Shown: positions 26,595 to 36,674, counted from the stretch's first letter. The stretch: 64,000 nt of DNA from an uncultured Pseudomonadota bacterium (GCA_964636815.1 CAZWTF010000006.1:8461-72460), one strand, 5' to 3'. Translations and numbers: made by a program. Notes: generated by a model from the sequence alone, not told the origin.

Positions 26595-29315
26595 ATGTTT
26601 TTTTTAGAATATATAGAATCAATCCTTGGTTCTTTTTACTTTATTTTACCCGCAACTCTTTTATCCTTTTTTCTTAAATTAGGTATTTTAATTGCTTTAG
26701 TAAGAAAAACTGCAAATATGGAAAGAGTTATTAATCCACTCTTTTTTTTGGTAGCTATTCTTATTGGCAATATGTTTTCTGATTTGGCTTGGATATTAAA
26801 ATTATCGCAATTACTTTTTTTGCCTAAACTAAGTTATCAGATTATTTTATTTATCATACGTTCTGCATGGATATTTTTTATGGTTCAGTATCAATCAATG
26901 TCACTGTTTGTAGAAAGTTTGGTAACTGATAGATATAGCGTTTCTATAAGACAAAAATGTCTTATTTTTATTAGCAGCCTGTTTGGTGTATTCTTTGCGA
27001 TAGCTGCCATTGTAGATTTTAATTGCATAGATCCATCTCGTAGAAAATTTAGCTTTGAGCCAACAATTCAAAATCTTGCCACATTCTATGCTTTATTTAT
27101 TGTTGTGTTGCCAAGTTTATGTATAGCCGTGCAAAAGATTAGATCTTCTAAATTGCCTCATTTGCTTAAAAAGCAATTGAGATTACTGATGCAGGGACTT
27201 ATCGCTCCCGTTTTCATGGCTGATTTAATTCAGGGATTTCCGTTTAAGGTATATGGCATTACATGGATTGCTCATACCTATGCTGGGGTTGGGTTTTCAA
27301 CAATACTTATTACCTGTGCTATTTATTTCTGTACACGTAAAATTTTTGGATTACGCTTTTTAAATTTAAAAAGCCACGTGCATCAGCCAATCAATATCAA
27401 CTTTATTGATGATTTTAAAGGGGTTTTAGAGAAACTCAGCAGCGTGACTAACTTTCGTGAATTGGGTTATATAACCCAAACTTTTTTTAAAGACACCTTT
27501 AATATACCCTCTTATAAAACACGTCTCTATTTGCGAAAAACAGATACTTTAGAACATAAAATAAACACTAACATTGCTGAAGATAGTACTGTTTCATTAG
27601 TTGAAACATTCTTAGTGACGCATGCACAGATTATTGAACTTGCCATGAAGAAAGAAAAAATTCTTATTTATGATGAGATCGATTTTACTCATTTTTATCA
27701 TGCATGTGAAAAAAGTGAAATAATTTTGAAATTCTTGAGCACCATCAATGCTGATATTTTCTTACCCATTTACGAAAATGAAAAGTTGATTGCGTATATT
27801 GTTGTTGAGCGTCATGCTCGTATAAAGCATTTTTATAGCAATGTTGAGCGCGATGAGCTGATTGTTTTTGGTAGTTATTTGGGTAATATCATTAATTTAC
27901 TTCAGAATAAAAACTTGGATCTTTTACTTGAGCAGTCACAACTGTTGCGCGATGAGTTGTATTGCAAACATCAAGAGATTGAGCAGTATAAAGAAAGTAT
28001 GCGATCATTCTTGCGCAAGCATAAAACAAAGCACATTGGAATACTGTTTTATAAAAATAGACAGTTTTCATATGGCAATCAGGCTGCAAAAGAGTTGATT
28101 GATATTAATATTAATCAGCAGCACGGGCATCCACTGGTACAGTATTTACGTGATATTGTGCGGCAGGTTGAATCATTTAAGGGTCCCAAAACAATTTTTG
28201 TTAAAGATGCGAATGATAATCAACTAATTGTTTCTGCCGTCCCGCACTTGGAAAAGAATACTATTATTATTACTGTTTCATATCCATCTATTTCTGATAC
28301 CATCAAGCATCACATTGATCTATTAAAAGACCCGAGCGAATGGGATTATCTATTGTATTTGCAAACAACCCAATCGGGTAGATTGATTAATCAACTGATT
28401 CCTGGTTCTGGGCAAGTATTACTTAACTTTAAGATTCAGTTATTAAAAATTGCTTTGAGCAAAAAAGCTATTTTATTGGAAATGCCTGAGCAAGATTTAC
28501 AACCAATGGCAGAGATTTTACACCATATTAGTATGCGTGATGATTTGCATGTTATGACATTGCAGGGGCCTTCAACTAATTATGATATTGCAATTGCGTT
28601 GTTTGGTATTAATCCGGTATTTGGTGTGCAGGAAAAGCATGGCAAGCCGTTGTTAGAAAAACTGGATAATGTTGGTACATTATTTATTAAAAACATTCAC
28701 TTTCTTGATGTAGAAACACAGGGATGCTTGGCAGCCTTCATCCGTTCTGGTGCATATAATCTCTTTAAAAGTGATCAAAAATTTACGAGTAATGTGCGTA
28801 TTATTTGTTCAACTAATCAGAATTTAAGCTTACTTGTACAAGAAGGTAAATTCAGTAAAGCGTTGTTCCAAGAACTGAAATCAACCGTTGTTACCATGCC
28901 TTCACTGTTAACATTGCCTGAAGATGAGTTACATTCCCTGACAGAAGGGTTTACGCAACAAGCGTTAATGTCAGATGCGTTGCAGCATGTTTTGGCGTTG
29001 ACTGATAAAGAAAAAGATTCACTTGCTGATCATCGTCCTATCAGTTTGCAAGAGCTTAAATCTCGCATTCAACAACTTCTTGTTAAAAAGTCTAAGAAAA
29101 ATCATATCTATCAAGAAGTTGCGTTTGATCCTACCTATGATATTACTGATCCTGGTCTTGTTGAAGCAGCACGTCTTGGTAAAAAAGCATTGCAAGAGCC
29201 ACGTGTGTTAGCTTTCTTGTGGAATAAGTTCAAAAATCAAAATAAAATCGCATTTTTCCTGGGTGTTAATCGTTCTTCTGTTAATCGTCGCTGTAAAGAG
29301 TATAATCTACTGTAA
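26595..29315 (+). CDS. Membrane-anchored regulator: polytopic N-terminal sensor, GAF-like region, degenerate sigma54-interaction (AAA+) domain, C-terminal Fis-type HTH
   Basis: About 7-8 TM helices in the first ~260 aa. GTLFIKNIHFLDVETQ..RIICSTNQNL..EGKFSKALFQELK...MPSL aligns to the bEBP core GTLFLDEI..Q..RvIaaTn.dL...G.FReDLyyRL....lPpL. The C-terminus is FFLGVNRSSVNRRCKEYNL. The Walker A position reads EMPEQDLQ. Confidence 0.6.
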   Translation: MFFLEYIESILGSFYFILPATLLSFFLKLGILIALVRKTANMERVINPLFFLVAILIGNMFSDLAWILKLSQLLFLPKLSYQIILFIIRSAWIFFMVQYQSMSLFVESLVTDRYSVSIRQKCLIFISSLFGVFFAIAAIVDFNCIDPSRRKFSFEPTIQNLATFYALFIVVLPSLCIAVQKIRSSKLPHLLKKQLRLLMQGLIAPVFMADLIQGFPFKVYGITWIAHTYAGVGFSTILITCAIYFCTRKIFGLRFLNLKSHVHQPININFIDDFKGVLEKLSSVTNFRELGYITQTFFKDTFNIPSYKTRLYLRKTDTLEHKINTNIAEDSTVSLVETFLVTHAQIIELAMKKEKILIYDEIDFTHFYHACEKSEIILKFLSTINADIFLPIYENEKLIAYIVVERHARIKHFYSNVERDELIVFGSYLGNIINLLQNKNLDLLLEQSQLLRDELYCKHQEIEQYKESMRSFLRKHKTKHIGILFYKNRQFSYGNQAAKELIDININQQHGHPLVQYLRDIVRQVESFKGPKTIFVKDANDNQLIVSAVPHLEKNTIIITVSYPSISDTIKHHIDLLKDPSEWDYLLYLQTTQSGRLINQLIPGSGQVLLNFKIQLLKIALSKKAILLEMPEQDLQPMAEILHHISMRDDLHVMTLQGPSTNYDIAIALFGINPVFGVQEKHGKPLLEKLDNVGTLFIKNIHFLDVETQGCLAAFIRSGAYNLFKSDQKFTSNVRIICSTNQNLSLLVQEGKFSKALFQELKSTVVTMPSLLTLPEDELHSLTEGFTQQALMSDALQHVLALTDKEKDSLADHRPISLQELKSRIQQLLVKKSKKNHIYQEVAFDPTYDITDPGLVEAARLGKKALQEPRVLAFLWNKFKNQNKIAFFLGVNRSSVNRRCKEYNLL

Positions 29316-29350
29316 CCCCAATATCACTACGTTCTTATTGGGGACCCCAT
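29316..29350 (+). repeat. Copy of dispersed palindromic repeat family 1 (first hairpin plus junction)
   Basis: CCCCAATATCACTACGTTCTTATTGGGGACCCCAT begins right after the stop codon. It is homologous to 37982..38016 and 47482..47517. Confidence 0.7.
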
Positions 29351-29386
29351 TAAAGAAAAGAATACTGAAAATACAGGGAAACGGCG

Positions 29387-30304
29387 ATGAAAAAAGAAGA
29401 ATTTGAACAACATAAAGAAGCATTTCTTTTGCATTTAAAAGCAGAGCGTAATTTTTCAGAACATACGCTGCGTGCTTATTTTTTAGATCTGAATCAATTC
29501 ATCTCCTTTTGGTCAGGCATGTCTGATTATGATGTGCAAAATCTTGGATTACGGCAAATTATTGAGCGTTATTTGGTTGCACTGTTTTATAAAAAAATCA
29601 GTAAAAGTTCCGTTGCACGGAAGTTTTCTTGTTTTACATCCTTTGAACGATTCCTTGAAACACGTGGTATTGAACTTAATTTAAATTTAAAGCGACCACG
29701 TATCGATAAAAAACTACCTGTGTATTTTAGTGTTGATGAGCTGTTTTATCTTTTAGATGGGATAAAAAATGAGTCTTTGCCAACCAAATATCCTATACGG
29801 GATAAAACAATATTTGAACTGTTGTATGCCACTGGTGTGCGCTGCTCTGAACTAGTTAATATTTGTGTGCAAGATGTGAATATGGACGAACGCACGATTC
29901 GTATTTTGGGTAAAGGAAGAAAAGAGCGCATTGTTTTATTTGGTGATAAAGCGCGAGAAAAAATTTTACACTATTATAAAGCGGAGCGTCCTATTGTACA
30001 AAGCCAAGAAGAAGCACTGTTTTTGAATTATCGGTATGAAAAACTGACAACGCGTTCTGTGCAGCGTATTATTAAAATGTTTAGAGCTTTTTTGCCCATC
30101 GACCGTCAATTAACACCACATAAATTACGTCACTCTTTTGCAACACATTTACTTAATCAAGGTGCTGATTTACGTGCAGTGCAGGAGCTTCTTGGTCATA
30201 AAACACTTGCGACAACGGAAAAATATACGCATGTTTCTTTGGAAAAGATTTCGCAGCTGTGTGAATCTGTTCATCCAATTAATAAGATGATAAAGAAGAA
30301 GTAA
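29387..30304 (+). CDS. Tyrosine site-specific recombinase, XerC/XerD family
   Basis: Catalytic blocks ATGVRCSEL, HKLRHSFATHLL and LGHKTLATTEKYTHV. Confidence 0.8.
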   Translation: MKKEEFEQHKEAFLLHLKAERNFSEHTLRAYFLDLNQFISFWSGMSDYDVQNLGLRQIIERYLVALFYKKISKSSVARKFSCFTSFERFLETRGIELNLNLKRPRIDKKLPVYFSVDELFYLLDGIKNESLPTKYPIRDKTIFELLYATGVRCSELVNICVQDVNMDERTIRILGKGRKERIVLFGDKAREKILHYYKAERPIVQSQEEALFLNYRYEKLTTRSVQRIIKMFRAFLPIDRQLTPHKLRHSFATHLLNQGADLRAVQELLGHKTLATTEKYTHVSLEKISQLCESVHPINKMIKKK

Positions 30305-30308
30305 CCGT

Positions 30309-32030
30309 ATGTTATTGTCAACCGCTGCAATTAATAAAAAAATTATTATTATTCTGGTGACCAGTTCCGTTTGTTTTGGAATTATTTTTTTACGGCTTAT
30401 TTTTTTACAAATTTATTGTGGTGAATATTTTGTATCACGAAGTCAAAAAAACTTTATTCGGTATACAACCGTTGATTCTCCGCGCGGGAGTATTCGTGAT
30501 GTGAATGGCAATTTGCTTGCAACAAATCGTCCAGTAACCACAGTCTATTGGCAGGGAACGGGCAATAGAAATATATCAGACGCTCAGTTGGAAATTTTAA
30601 AAAAAGTTGAAGAGATGACCGGTAATGTTCTTACATCAGGATCGGCGCTTGATGCAATTACAGTAGCTGAAAAAAGAAGAAAAAAAACAGAGCTATTATC
30701 AGATATAGATTTTATTGTTTTGAGTAAGTTGGTAGAAGCGTTTCCAAACCATGAAAACGTTATTATTGATACCCATTTTAAACGTTTTTATCCTTATGAA
30801 TCGTGTGGCAGTCACATTGTTGGTTATTTGGGTAATATGACGACATTTGCACGTGGTCAGTTTGGATTAGAAAAATTATTGAATAATGATTTGACGGGTA
30901 AAAAAGGGCTTGTGCGTAACGTGGTTAATTCAACGGGACAATGCGTATCCCAAGAAGAGCTTGAAAAGGCTTTAATTGGGAATGATATTCAAACAACCAT
31001 CGATATTAATATTCAAGCTTTGTGCGAAAAAGTTTTTCCTGAACATTATACTGGAAGTTTTATTCTTATTAATCCAGCAGATGGTTCTATTGTTGCACTT
31101 GTATCACGTCCTAATTTTGATCCAAATATTTTTCTTGATCCGATGTCATATCAAACATGGCAAGGATTACAAGAAAAAAATCCGTTTATTAACCGTGCAT
31201 TTGATGCGAGTTATCCTTCAGGTTCTACTTTTAAGCTTGTTACGATTAGTGCTGCGCTTGAACATGGGATTATTACAGAACATGATATATGGAATTGTAA
31301 AGGTTATACGTTGTTCGGTAAACGGAAATATTGGTGCGCAAGACGTGCTGGGCATGGTGAAATTACCATAAAAAAAGCGGTAGCACAGTCATGTAATACG
31401 TTGTTTTATGAAATAGGTAAAAAAATAGATATTGATGTGCTTGCTGAGTATGCGTATAAATTTGGATTGGGTAAGAAAACGAATATGCTGTTTCCCGAAA
31501 AAATGGGATTGATCCCGAATAGGGCGTGGAAATTTGATTGTAAGGGAGAGCGCTGGTGGCCAGGAGAAACGTTATCAGTAACAATTGGCCAAAGTTTTTT
31601 ATTGGTGACCCCTATTCAAATTGCATGTATGATCGCAAGTATTTTTACCGGATATTTAACCGTTCCACGTTTACTGATTGATGAACCTGTTGTATCAACG
31701 CCGCTTGATTTAAAACCAGATACGATCAATTTTTTAAAAAAATCGATGAAAGCGGTAATTAAGAGTGGTACGGGGCGAAGTATTAGGTTGGTAAAAGATA
31801 TTGTTATGTATGCAAAAACAAGTACGGCGCAAACGAGTGATATTAGTAAACGTAAATTGGATGAAAAGTATTTAGAACATGGGTGGTTTGTGGGACACTT
31901 TCAATACAAAGAATATGATCCGCTTGTGATTGTAACGCTTGTGGAACATGTTGGTACAGCGCAAGTTGCAACAACTGTTGCAAAAAAGTTTTTGATTGAA
32001 TATAAAAAATATATGGATTTAACCAATTGA
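30309..32030 (+). CDS. mrdA: Penicillin-binding protein 2-type transpeptidase
   Basis: N-terminal anchor plus PRGSIRDVNGNLLATNRP, active-site SGSTFK, and SCN (SxN). The third motif reads KTS instead of K(T/S)G. Confidence 0.65.
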   Translation: MLLSTAAINKKIIIILVTSSVCFGIIFLRLIFLQIYCGEYFVSRSQKNFIRYTTVDSPRGSIRDVNGNLLATNRPVTTVYWQGTGNRNISDAQLEILKKVEEMTGNVLTSGSALDAITVAEKRRKKTELLSDIDFIVLSKLVEAFPNHENVIIDTHFKRFYPYESCGSHIVGYLGNMTTFARGQFGLEKLLNNDLTGKKGLVRNVVNSTGQCVSQEELEKALIGNDIQTTIDINIQALCEKVFPEHYTGSFILINPADGSIVALVSRPNFDPNIFLDPMSYQTWQGLQEKNPFINRAFDASYPSGSTFKLVTISAALEHGIITEHDIWNCKGYTLFGKRKYWCARRAGHGEITIKKAVAQSCNTLFYEIGKKIDIDVLAEYAYKFGLGKKTNMLFPEKMGLIPNRAWKFDCKGERWWPGETLSVTIGQSFLLVTPIQIACMIASIFTGYLTVPRLLIDEPVVSTPLDLKPDTINFLKKSMKAVIKSGTGRSIRLVKDIVMYAKTSTAQTSDISKRKLDEKYLEHGWFVGHFQYKEYDPLVIVTLVEHVGTAQVATTVAKKFLIEYKKYMDLTN

Positions 32031-32056
32031 AGATATTTTTTATAAGGAGAGAGAGT

Positions 32057-32473
32057 ATGAAAAAAAGAGTAATGTTATTTGTTGGACTGTTTTTATTATC
32101 AGCTATGCCAGCATCTTCTGATGCTACATCTATGCTTGCGCATAGAAGTTTAAAAGATAGCACAATGTTGAAAAGATTTTGTGCGTCATATTTAGGGTCA
32201 GCAGTGGTTGGAGGAACTGTTGGTGTGGTGACGGGCAGTTTAATTAAATATTTAGAAAGTGAAATGCAACACTATTTTTCAAAGAAGTTGAACACTAATG
32301 ACGTCGTAACATTTGCATTAATATTGCTTGGTTGGGCTTTGGAGTCAGAAGTGCGTAATGATATCGTTATGGGATTGCAGGGCGATTTGGATGAATATCA
32401 AATTGCTTATAAAAAAATGATTATGTTGCGCAGTGCATGGATTGCTTCATGGCTTTCTTATTTGAGTGCGTAA
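32057..32473 (+). CDS. Hypothetical secreted/membrane protein
   Basis: AAGGAGAGAG upstream of ATG 32057. Signal peptide MKKRVMLFVGLFLLSAMPASS and further hydrophobic segments. Confidence 0.45.
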   Translation: MKKRVMLFVGLFLLSAMPASSDATSMLAHRSLKDSTMLKRFCASYLGSAVVGGTVGVVTGSLIKYLESEMQHYFSKKLNTNDVVTFALILLGWALESEVRNDIVMGLQGDLDEYQIAYKKMIMLRSAWIASWLSYLSA

Positions 32474-32567
32474 TTTAAAAAAAAAGTGTCATATTTTGTC
32501 ATTTTTGTTATAGATGTTTCTGTAGTGGGAACATCTATTTTTATTTTCTTACCATAATGAACAAAAA

Positions 32568-34121
32568 ATGAAAAAAAACGTTATAGTACTTTTGTTATGT
32601 ATCAGTAGTAATGGCTTTGCCATGTATCAACCATCACATACCTCAGATGAGAATATATTAGCATCGATCCGCCTTAATCGTAAAAAGCAACTACCATTGT
32701 ATTATAGAGTTACTTGCTTACCTCAATTGGTTCAATGTGTTCAAGATAATAACGTAGAAGGTTTGAGGAATAAGTTAAACGGTGTAATGGAAAAATTCCC
32801 TAGTTTGTTAAGTCATGTATCTAGTGCATCGGTGTTGCATGAGGCAGTTAAAAACAATCGTCATTGTTGTATGGCATTATTGCTTGGATGCAATGCTCAT
32901 CCTAATACAATAGTGAATGATGGCAATACTCTTTTGCATGTAGCGAGAGGAAGCACGATGGTCCAGTTGTTGGTAGATCATGGTGCTTGGGTAGAGCAAA
33001 AGAATGATAAAGGTGAGACCCCATTGTTTGCTCTTTTTAGTAATATGACAACTTTTTCTTTAGATACAGCACAAGCTTTATGTGGTGCGGGTGCGGATGT
33101 TAATACGCGTGATAAACAAAATAATACTCCCTTGCATTGTGCAGTTGAACATTTAGGTTCGGCAGAAATAAAATTTTTGTTACATCGTGGAGCTTATGAT
33201 GATATTAATGATCAAGGAGAAACAGCGTATCAGATTGCAAAAAAACGAGGCTGGAATATTTTAAAAGCATTTCAAGAGTGGGAAAAAGTTTCTTGTGCAA
33301 TTAATGCCACTGTGCAAAATAATCCTTTTTTGACCATTATGAGTTTATTGGCGCATAATGGAGAACAATTAAAAAAACTTCTTATACGCGATCCTATTGG
33401 TTATTGCTCACCAGATATAATTATTGCTGAAAAATTATTTCAAAAATGTGATAGTGATGTTTGGAATGAATTAAGATCTGACATTTCACCATATAGTGCA
33501 GAAGCATTATCTCTTTTAAAGCTTGTCAGTGAGCGACGTATTCATAGAATGTCTTTTGTGAAATCATTACGTGAAAATGATTTTGCAAATGCTTGTGATT
33601 TTTTGAAAAAAAATCCTTACTTGTTGCATACGTATGATGGTGAATATGAATCCGATGACGTTAATGCTCTTTTTATTAACAAATTTATTTCGACTCCTTT
33701 TTTTTATACTCAGTACTGCTATCTTCGGGAAATGATTCATAGTGGTTTTTTTGATGTTGATAGTTGTGATACATCAGGTGACCCTTTATTAATTGCTGCG
33801 GTTCAAGAGCCTAAGGGCGGTGATAAATATCTTGATTTATTGCATGCGGGAGCATACGTGAATATAACAGATAAAGGAGGTTATACGCCATTGTTGTTGG
33901 CGGTAATGCAGGAGAAAGAAGATATGGTGTTACAGTTATTATCATATGGTGCGGTAGTTAATAAAGATTTTGGTTGGCAGGTTGTTTTACCAGATTCAAT
34001 GCGCGAGTTGATGGTTGATGCATATAATGAACAATGCTGTTTTATATGTCAGACTCATGATTATGATTTAGTAAGTATTCCTGGCCGTGGAAAGCGTTTT
34101 ATTTGTACTCATTGTCGTTAA
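32568..34121 (+). CDS. Ankyrin-repeat protein with signal peptide and C-terminal CxxC...CxxC zinc-ribbon-like tail
   Basis: Repeats of the type G.TPLH.A......V..LL..GA (GNTLLHVA, GETPLFAL, NNTPLHCAV, GYTPLLLAV). The tail is CCFICQ...FICTHCR. Confidence 0.8.
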   Translation: MKKNVIVLLLCISSNGFAMYQPSHTSDENILASIRLNRKKQLPLYYRVTCLPQLVQCVQDNNVEGLRNKLNGVMEKFPSLLSHVSSASVLHEAVKNNRHCCMALLLGCNAHPNTIVNDGNTLLHVARGSTMVQLLVDHGAWVEQKNDKGETPLFALFSNMTTFSLDTAQALCGAGADVNTRDKQNNTPLHCAVEHLGSAEIKFLLHRGAYDDINDQGETAYQIAKKRGWNILKAFQEWEKVSCAINATVQNNPFLTIMSLLAHNGEQLKKLLIRDPIGYCSPDIIIAEKLFQKCDSDVWNELRSDISPYSAEALSLLKLVSERRIHRMSFVKSLRENDFANACDFLKKNPYLLHTYDGEYESDDVNALFINKFISTPFFYTQYCYLREMIHSGFFDVDSCDTSGDPLLIAAVQEPKGGDKYLDLLHAGAYVNITDKGGYTPLLLAVMQEKEDMVLQLLSYGAVVNKDFGWQVVLPDSMRELMVDAYNEQCCFICQTHDYDLVSIPGRGKRFICTHCR

Positions 34122-34254
34122 GGCTTTTTTTTGTATAGGTATGACAAAAGGGCACTTGATTATTAGGTTGAATGAAAGTGTATATTGTTATTATTTTGTT
34201 AAAGTATCTGTATAATGTATGCCAATATTATCATCATTAATAAAAGGTTTAATC

Positions 34255-35325
34255 ATGCAAAAAATATGCACGATAATTATTTTGAGCAGTATGTTGTTTG
34301 TCGGCGATAGTAGTGGTATGGAATTTGGTCAAATAGATAACAAGGATATGTGGGATTTTATTGTTGCTGATCGTCAGGGTAATGCGCAGGAATTTATAAA
34401 GGAAAATTCTCATATAGTAAATGCAGTGATTAATAAGGGATCCTATTCATTATTACATTGTCTCGTAGAGTATGATGCAGTTTCTGCGGTAAAAGCTTTA
34501 TTGGAAGCGGGAGGAAATGAGCATATTAATATGGCAACTGAAGTGCAAAAGTATACACCACTGCATATGGTAAAAAGCAAAGAGATGGCAGAATTGTTAC
34601 TAGATAGTGGTGCAAATTTAGAGGCAAAAGATAAAAATGGAGCAACACCATTAAGTCATGTTCTGTTTTGTCGCAATAATTCAGATGAGTATTCTGGGTA
34701 CTTTGACATGACTAAGAAGGATAGCGAAACAGATAACAATCTGAGACGTTATTTATTAGAACGAGGGGCGAATAGTAATCTAGTGGATAATGTGGGAAAC
34801 AGTTTATTACATAGAGCTGTGGGAGGTTATTCTTATTCATATCGTTATCCTGAGTATTTTAAATTGTTGATGCAGTTTGCAGCCGACATAGAGATTAAAG
34901 ATAGTTATGGCAAAACGGCATACGATTGCGCCATAGATCGAATAAGTCATACTGAGCCGATATTAGAAGCTTTAAGAGAACTCAATGTTGTTTTTGTGAG
35001 AGATGCATGGGTGAAGTCAATAAGTTGGAAAAATAAGAATGGGGAATGGCAAGCTTGTAAAGCTCGTAATTTTCTAGAGTTCTTACAGAATGGTGCGTTA
35101 GAATGGAAAGAATATATGCTTGATAATCCTCACCCATATCAATTATCAGGGATCAAAAAGATACTGGCAGATTTATTGGAGATGGCACAAAAAAATCAAC
35201 ATAGTGGCAAGATTAGCTATTATAAAGATAAAGGATATTTATTTAATAAAGTAAATATTGCCGATTTAGAAGAATGGTGCGGTAAAGATTCAGTAGATTA
35301 TCTTTGTGAGTATTTTAAAATATAG
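34255..35325 (+). CDS. Ankyrin-repeat protein, tandem paralog A
   Basis: Signal peptide MQKICTIIILSSMLFVG and ankyrin repeats (YTPLHMV, GATPLSHV, GNSLLHRAV). The C-terminal domain is shared with paralog B. Confidence 0.8.
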   Translation: MQKICTIIILSSMLFVGDSSGMEFGQIDNKDMWDFIVADRQGNAQEFIKENSHIVNAVINKGSYSLLHCLVEYDAVSAVKALLEAGGNEHINMATEVQKYTPLHMVKSKEMAELLLDSGANLEAKDKNGATPLSHVLFCRNNSDEYSGYFDMTKKDSETDNNLRRYLLERGANSNLVDNVGNSLLHRAVGGYSYSYRYPEYFKLLMQFAADIEIKDSYGKTAYDCAIDRISHTEPILEALRELNVVFVRDAWVKSISWKNKNGEWQACKARNFLEFLQNGALEWKEYMLDNPHPYQLSGIKKILADLLEMAQKNQHSGKISYYKDKGYLFNKVNIADLEEWCGKDSVDYLCEYFKI

Positions 35326-35348
35326 AGAAATTTGTTTATAGCATATGT

Positions 35349-35379
35349 AAAGAGGTACCGTAATCAGGTACCTCTTTTT
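35349..35379 (+). terminator. Rho-independent terminator after ankyrin paralog A
   Basis: AAAGAGGTACC-gtaatca-GGTACCTCTTT followed by T residues. Confidence 0.75.
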
Positions 35380-35480
35380 AGTTTTTTAAAAGTGTGCTGT
35401 AAACCGCATATTGTTATTGTTTTGTTAAAGTTTATGTATAATGTATGTCAATATTATGATTATTAATAAAAGGTTTGATC

Positions 35481-36620
35481 ATGCAAAAATTATGCACGAT
35501 AATTGTTTTGAATACTATGTTGTTTGTTGCCAATAGTATTGGTATGGAATTACAAGATGTAGGTCAGCCTCGCACAATAAGTAAAGATATCATGCGGGAT
35601 TTTATACGTTCCGATCGTCAAGATAATGCCCAGAAATTTATAACGGAACATCCTCATATAGTAAGTGCATGGGTTGATTGTTGTAACTCTTTAGACCACT
35701 CTTATGACGACTCCTATTCAGTATTACATTGCCTAGTAGAGTATGATGAAGTTTCTCTAGTAAAAGCTTTGTTGGCAGAGGGAGCAAATAAGCATATTAA
35801 TAAATGGACTGGAAGGAAATGGCTCACCCCACTGCATATGGTACAGAGTAAAGAGATGGCAGAATTGTTGTTAGATCATGGTGCAGATTTAGACGCAAAA
35901 GATAAAGACGGAGTAACGCCATTAGGCCATGCGCTGTTTTATCGAGGAATTTGCGATTTTTATTCGAGATGTTTTCTTCCGGTTGTGACGTGCAGTGAAC
36001 AAGATAATGAGCTGAGACGCTATTTATTAGAACGAGGAGCGAATAGTAAAGCAGTTGATAATAAGGGAAACAGTTTATTGCATAGAGTAGCTTTAGGAGA
36101 TGTTTTTTATCCTCCACGTCATTATCCCGAGTTTATTACTTTGCTTATGGAGTTTGGAGCTGACATAGAGATGAAAGATAGTGATGGAAGAACACCATAC
36201 GATTGTGCTATAGCGCAAGGAAGCTATGCTCAGGGGATATTAAAAGCTTTAGAAGAATACAATATTTTTTTTGTGAGTGATCAATTGCCGAGAAACATAT
36301 GTTGGAGAAAGAAGATAAGTTGGAGAGATGAGATTGGAGAATATCAGAATTGTAGGGCTAAGAATCTTTTAGAGTTATTGCAGAATGATGCAGCAGAATT
36401 TAAAAGATGCATACGCAATCGTCCTGATTCATGTGGGATAGTTTTCATAAAAGGTGTATTAACAGATGTATTGAAAATGGCGCGTAAGAATAAATATCGT
36501 GGCGAGATTAAATATTATGAATTGAGAGGATATTTATTTAATAAAGTAAATATGGCTGACCTAGAAGAATGGTGTGGTAAAGATTCAGTAGATTATCTTT
36601 GTCAGTATTTAAAAATATAG
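35481..36620 (+). CDS. Ankyrin-repeat protein, tandem paralog B
   Basis: MQKLCTIIVLNTMLFVA signal peptide. Collinear with paralog A, including the C-terminal ...GYLFNKVN(I/M)ADLEEWCGKDSVDYLC(E/Q)Y(F/L)KI. Confidence 0.8.
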   Translation: MQKLCTIIVLNTMLFVANSIGMELQDVGQPRTISKDIMRDFIRSDRQDNAQKFITEHPHIVSAWVDCCNSLDHSYDDSYSVLHCLVEYDEVSLVKALLAEGANKHINKWTGRKWLTPLHMVQSKEMAELLLDHGADLDAKDKDGVTPLGHALFYRGICDFYSRCFLPVVTCSEQDNELRRYLLERGANSKAVDNKGNSLLHRVALGDVFYPPRHYPEFITLLMEFGADIEMKDSDGRTPYDCAIAQGSYAQGILKALEEYNIFFVSDQLPRNICWRKKISWRDEIGEYQNCRAKNLLELLQNDAAEFKRCIRNRPDSCGIVFIKGVLTDVLKMARKNKYRGEIKYYELRGYLFNKVNMADLEEWCGKDSVDYLCQYLKI

Positions 36621-36642
36621 AGATTTTTTTTATAGCGTACGT

Positions 36643-36674
36643 AAAGAGGTACCAAGACATTGGTACCTCTTTTA
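36643..36674. terminator. Bidirectional terminator (duplicated copy of the 35349 hairpin)
   Basis: AAAGAGGTACC-aagacatt-GGTACCTCTTT between convergent genes. Confidence 0.75.

Noticed and set aside
34205-34235. dif-like sequence TATAATGTATGCCAATATTATCATCATTAAT (and its duplicate at 35431), considered because a Xer recombinase gene is 5 kb away
   Set aside because: It resembles the dif core only loosely and has an extended centre. It occurs twice as part of the tandem ankyrin duplication. It sits where a -10 promoter element is expected.
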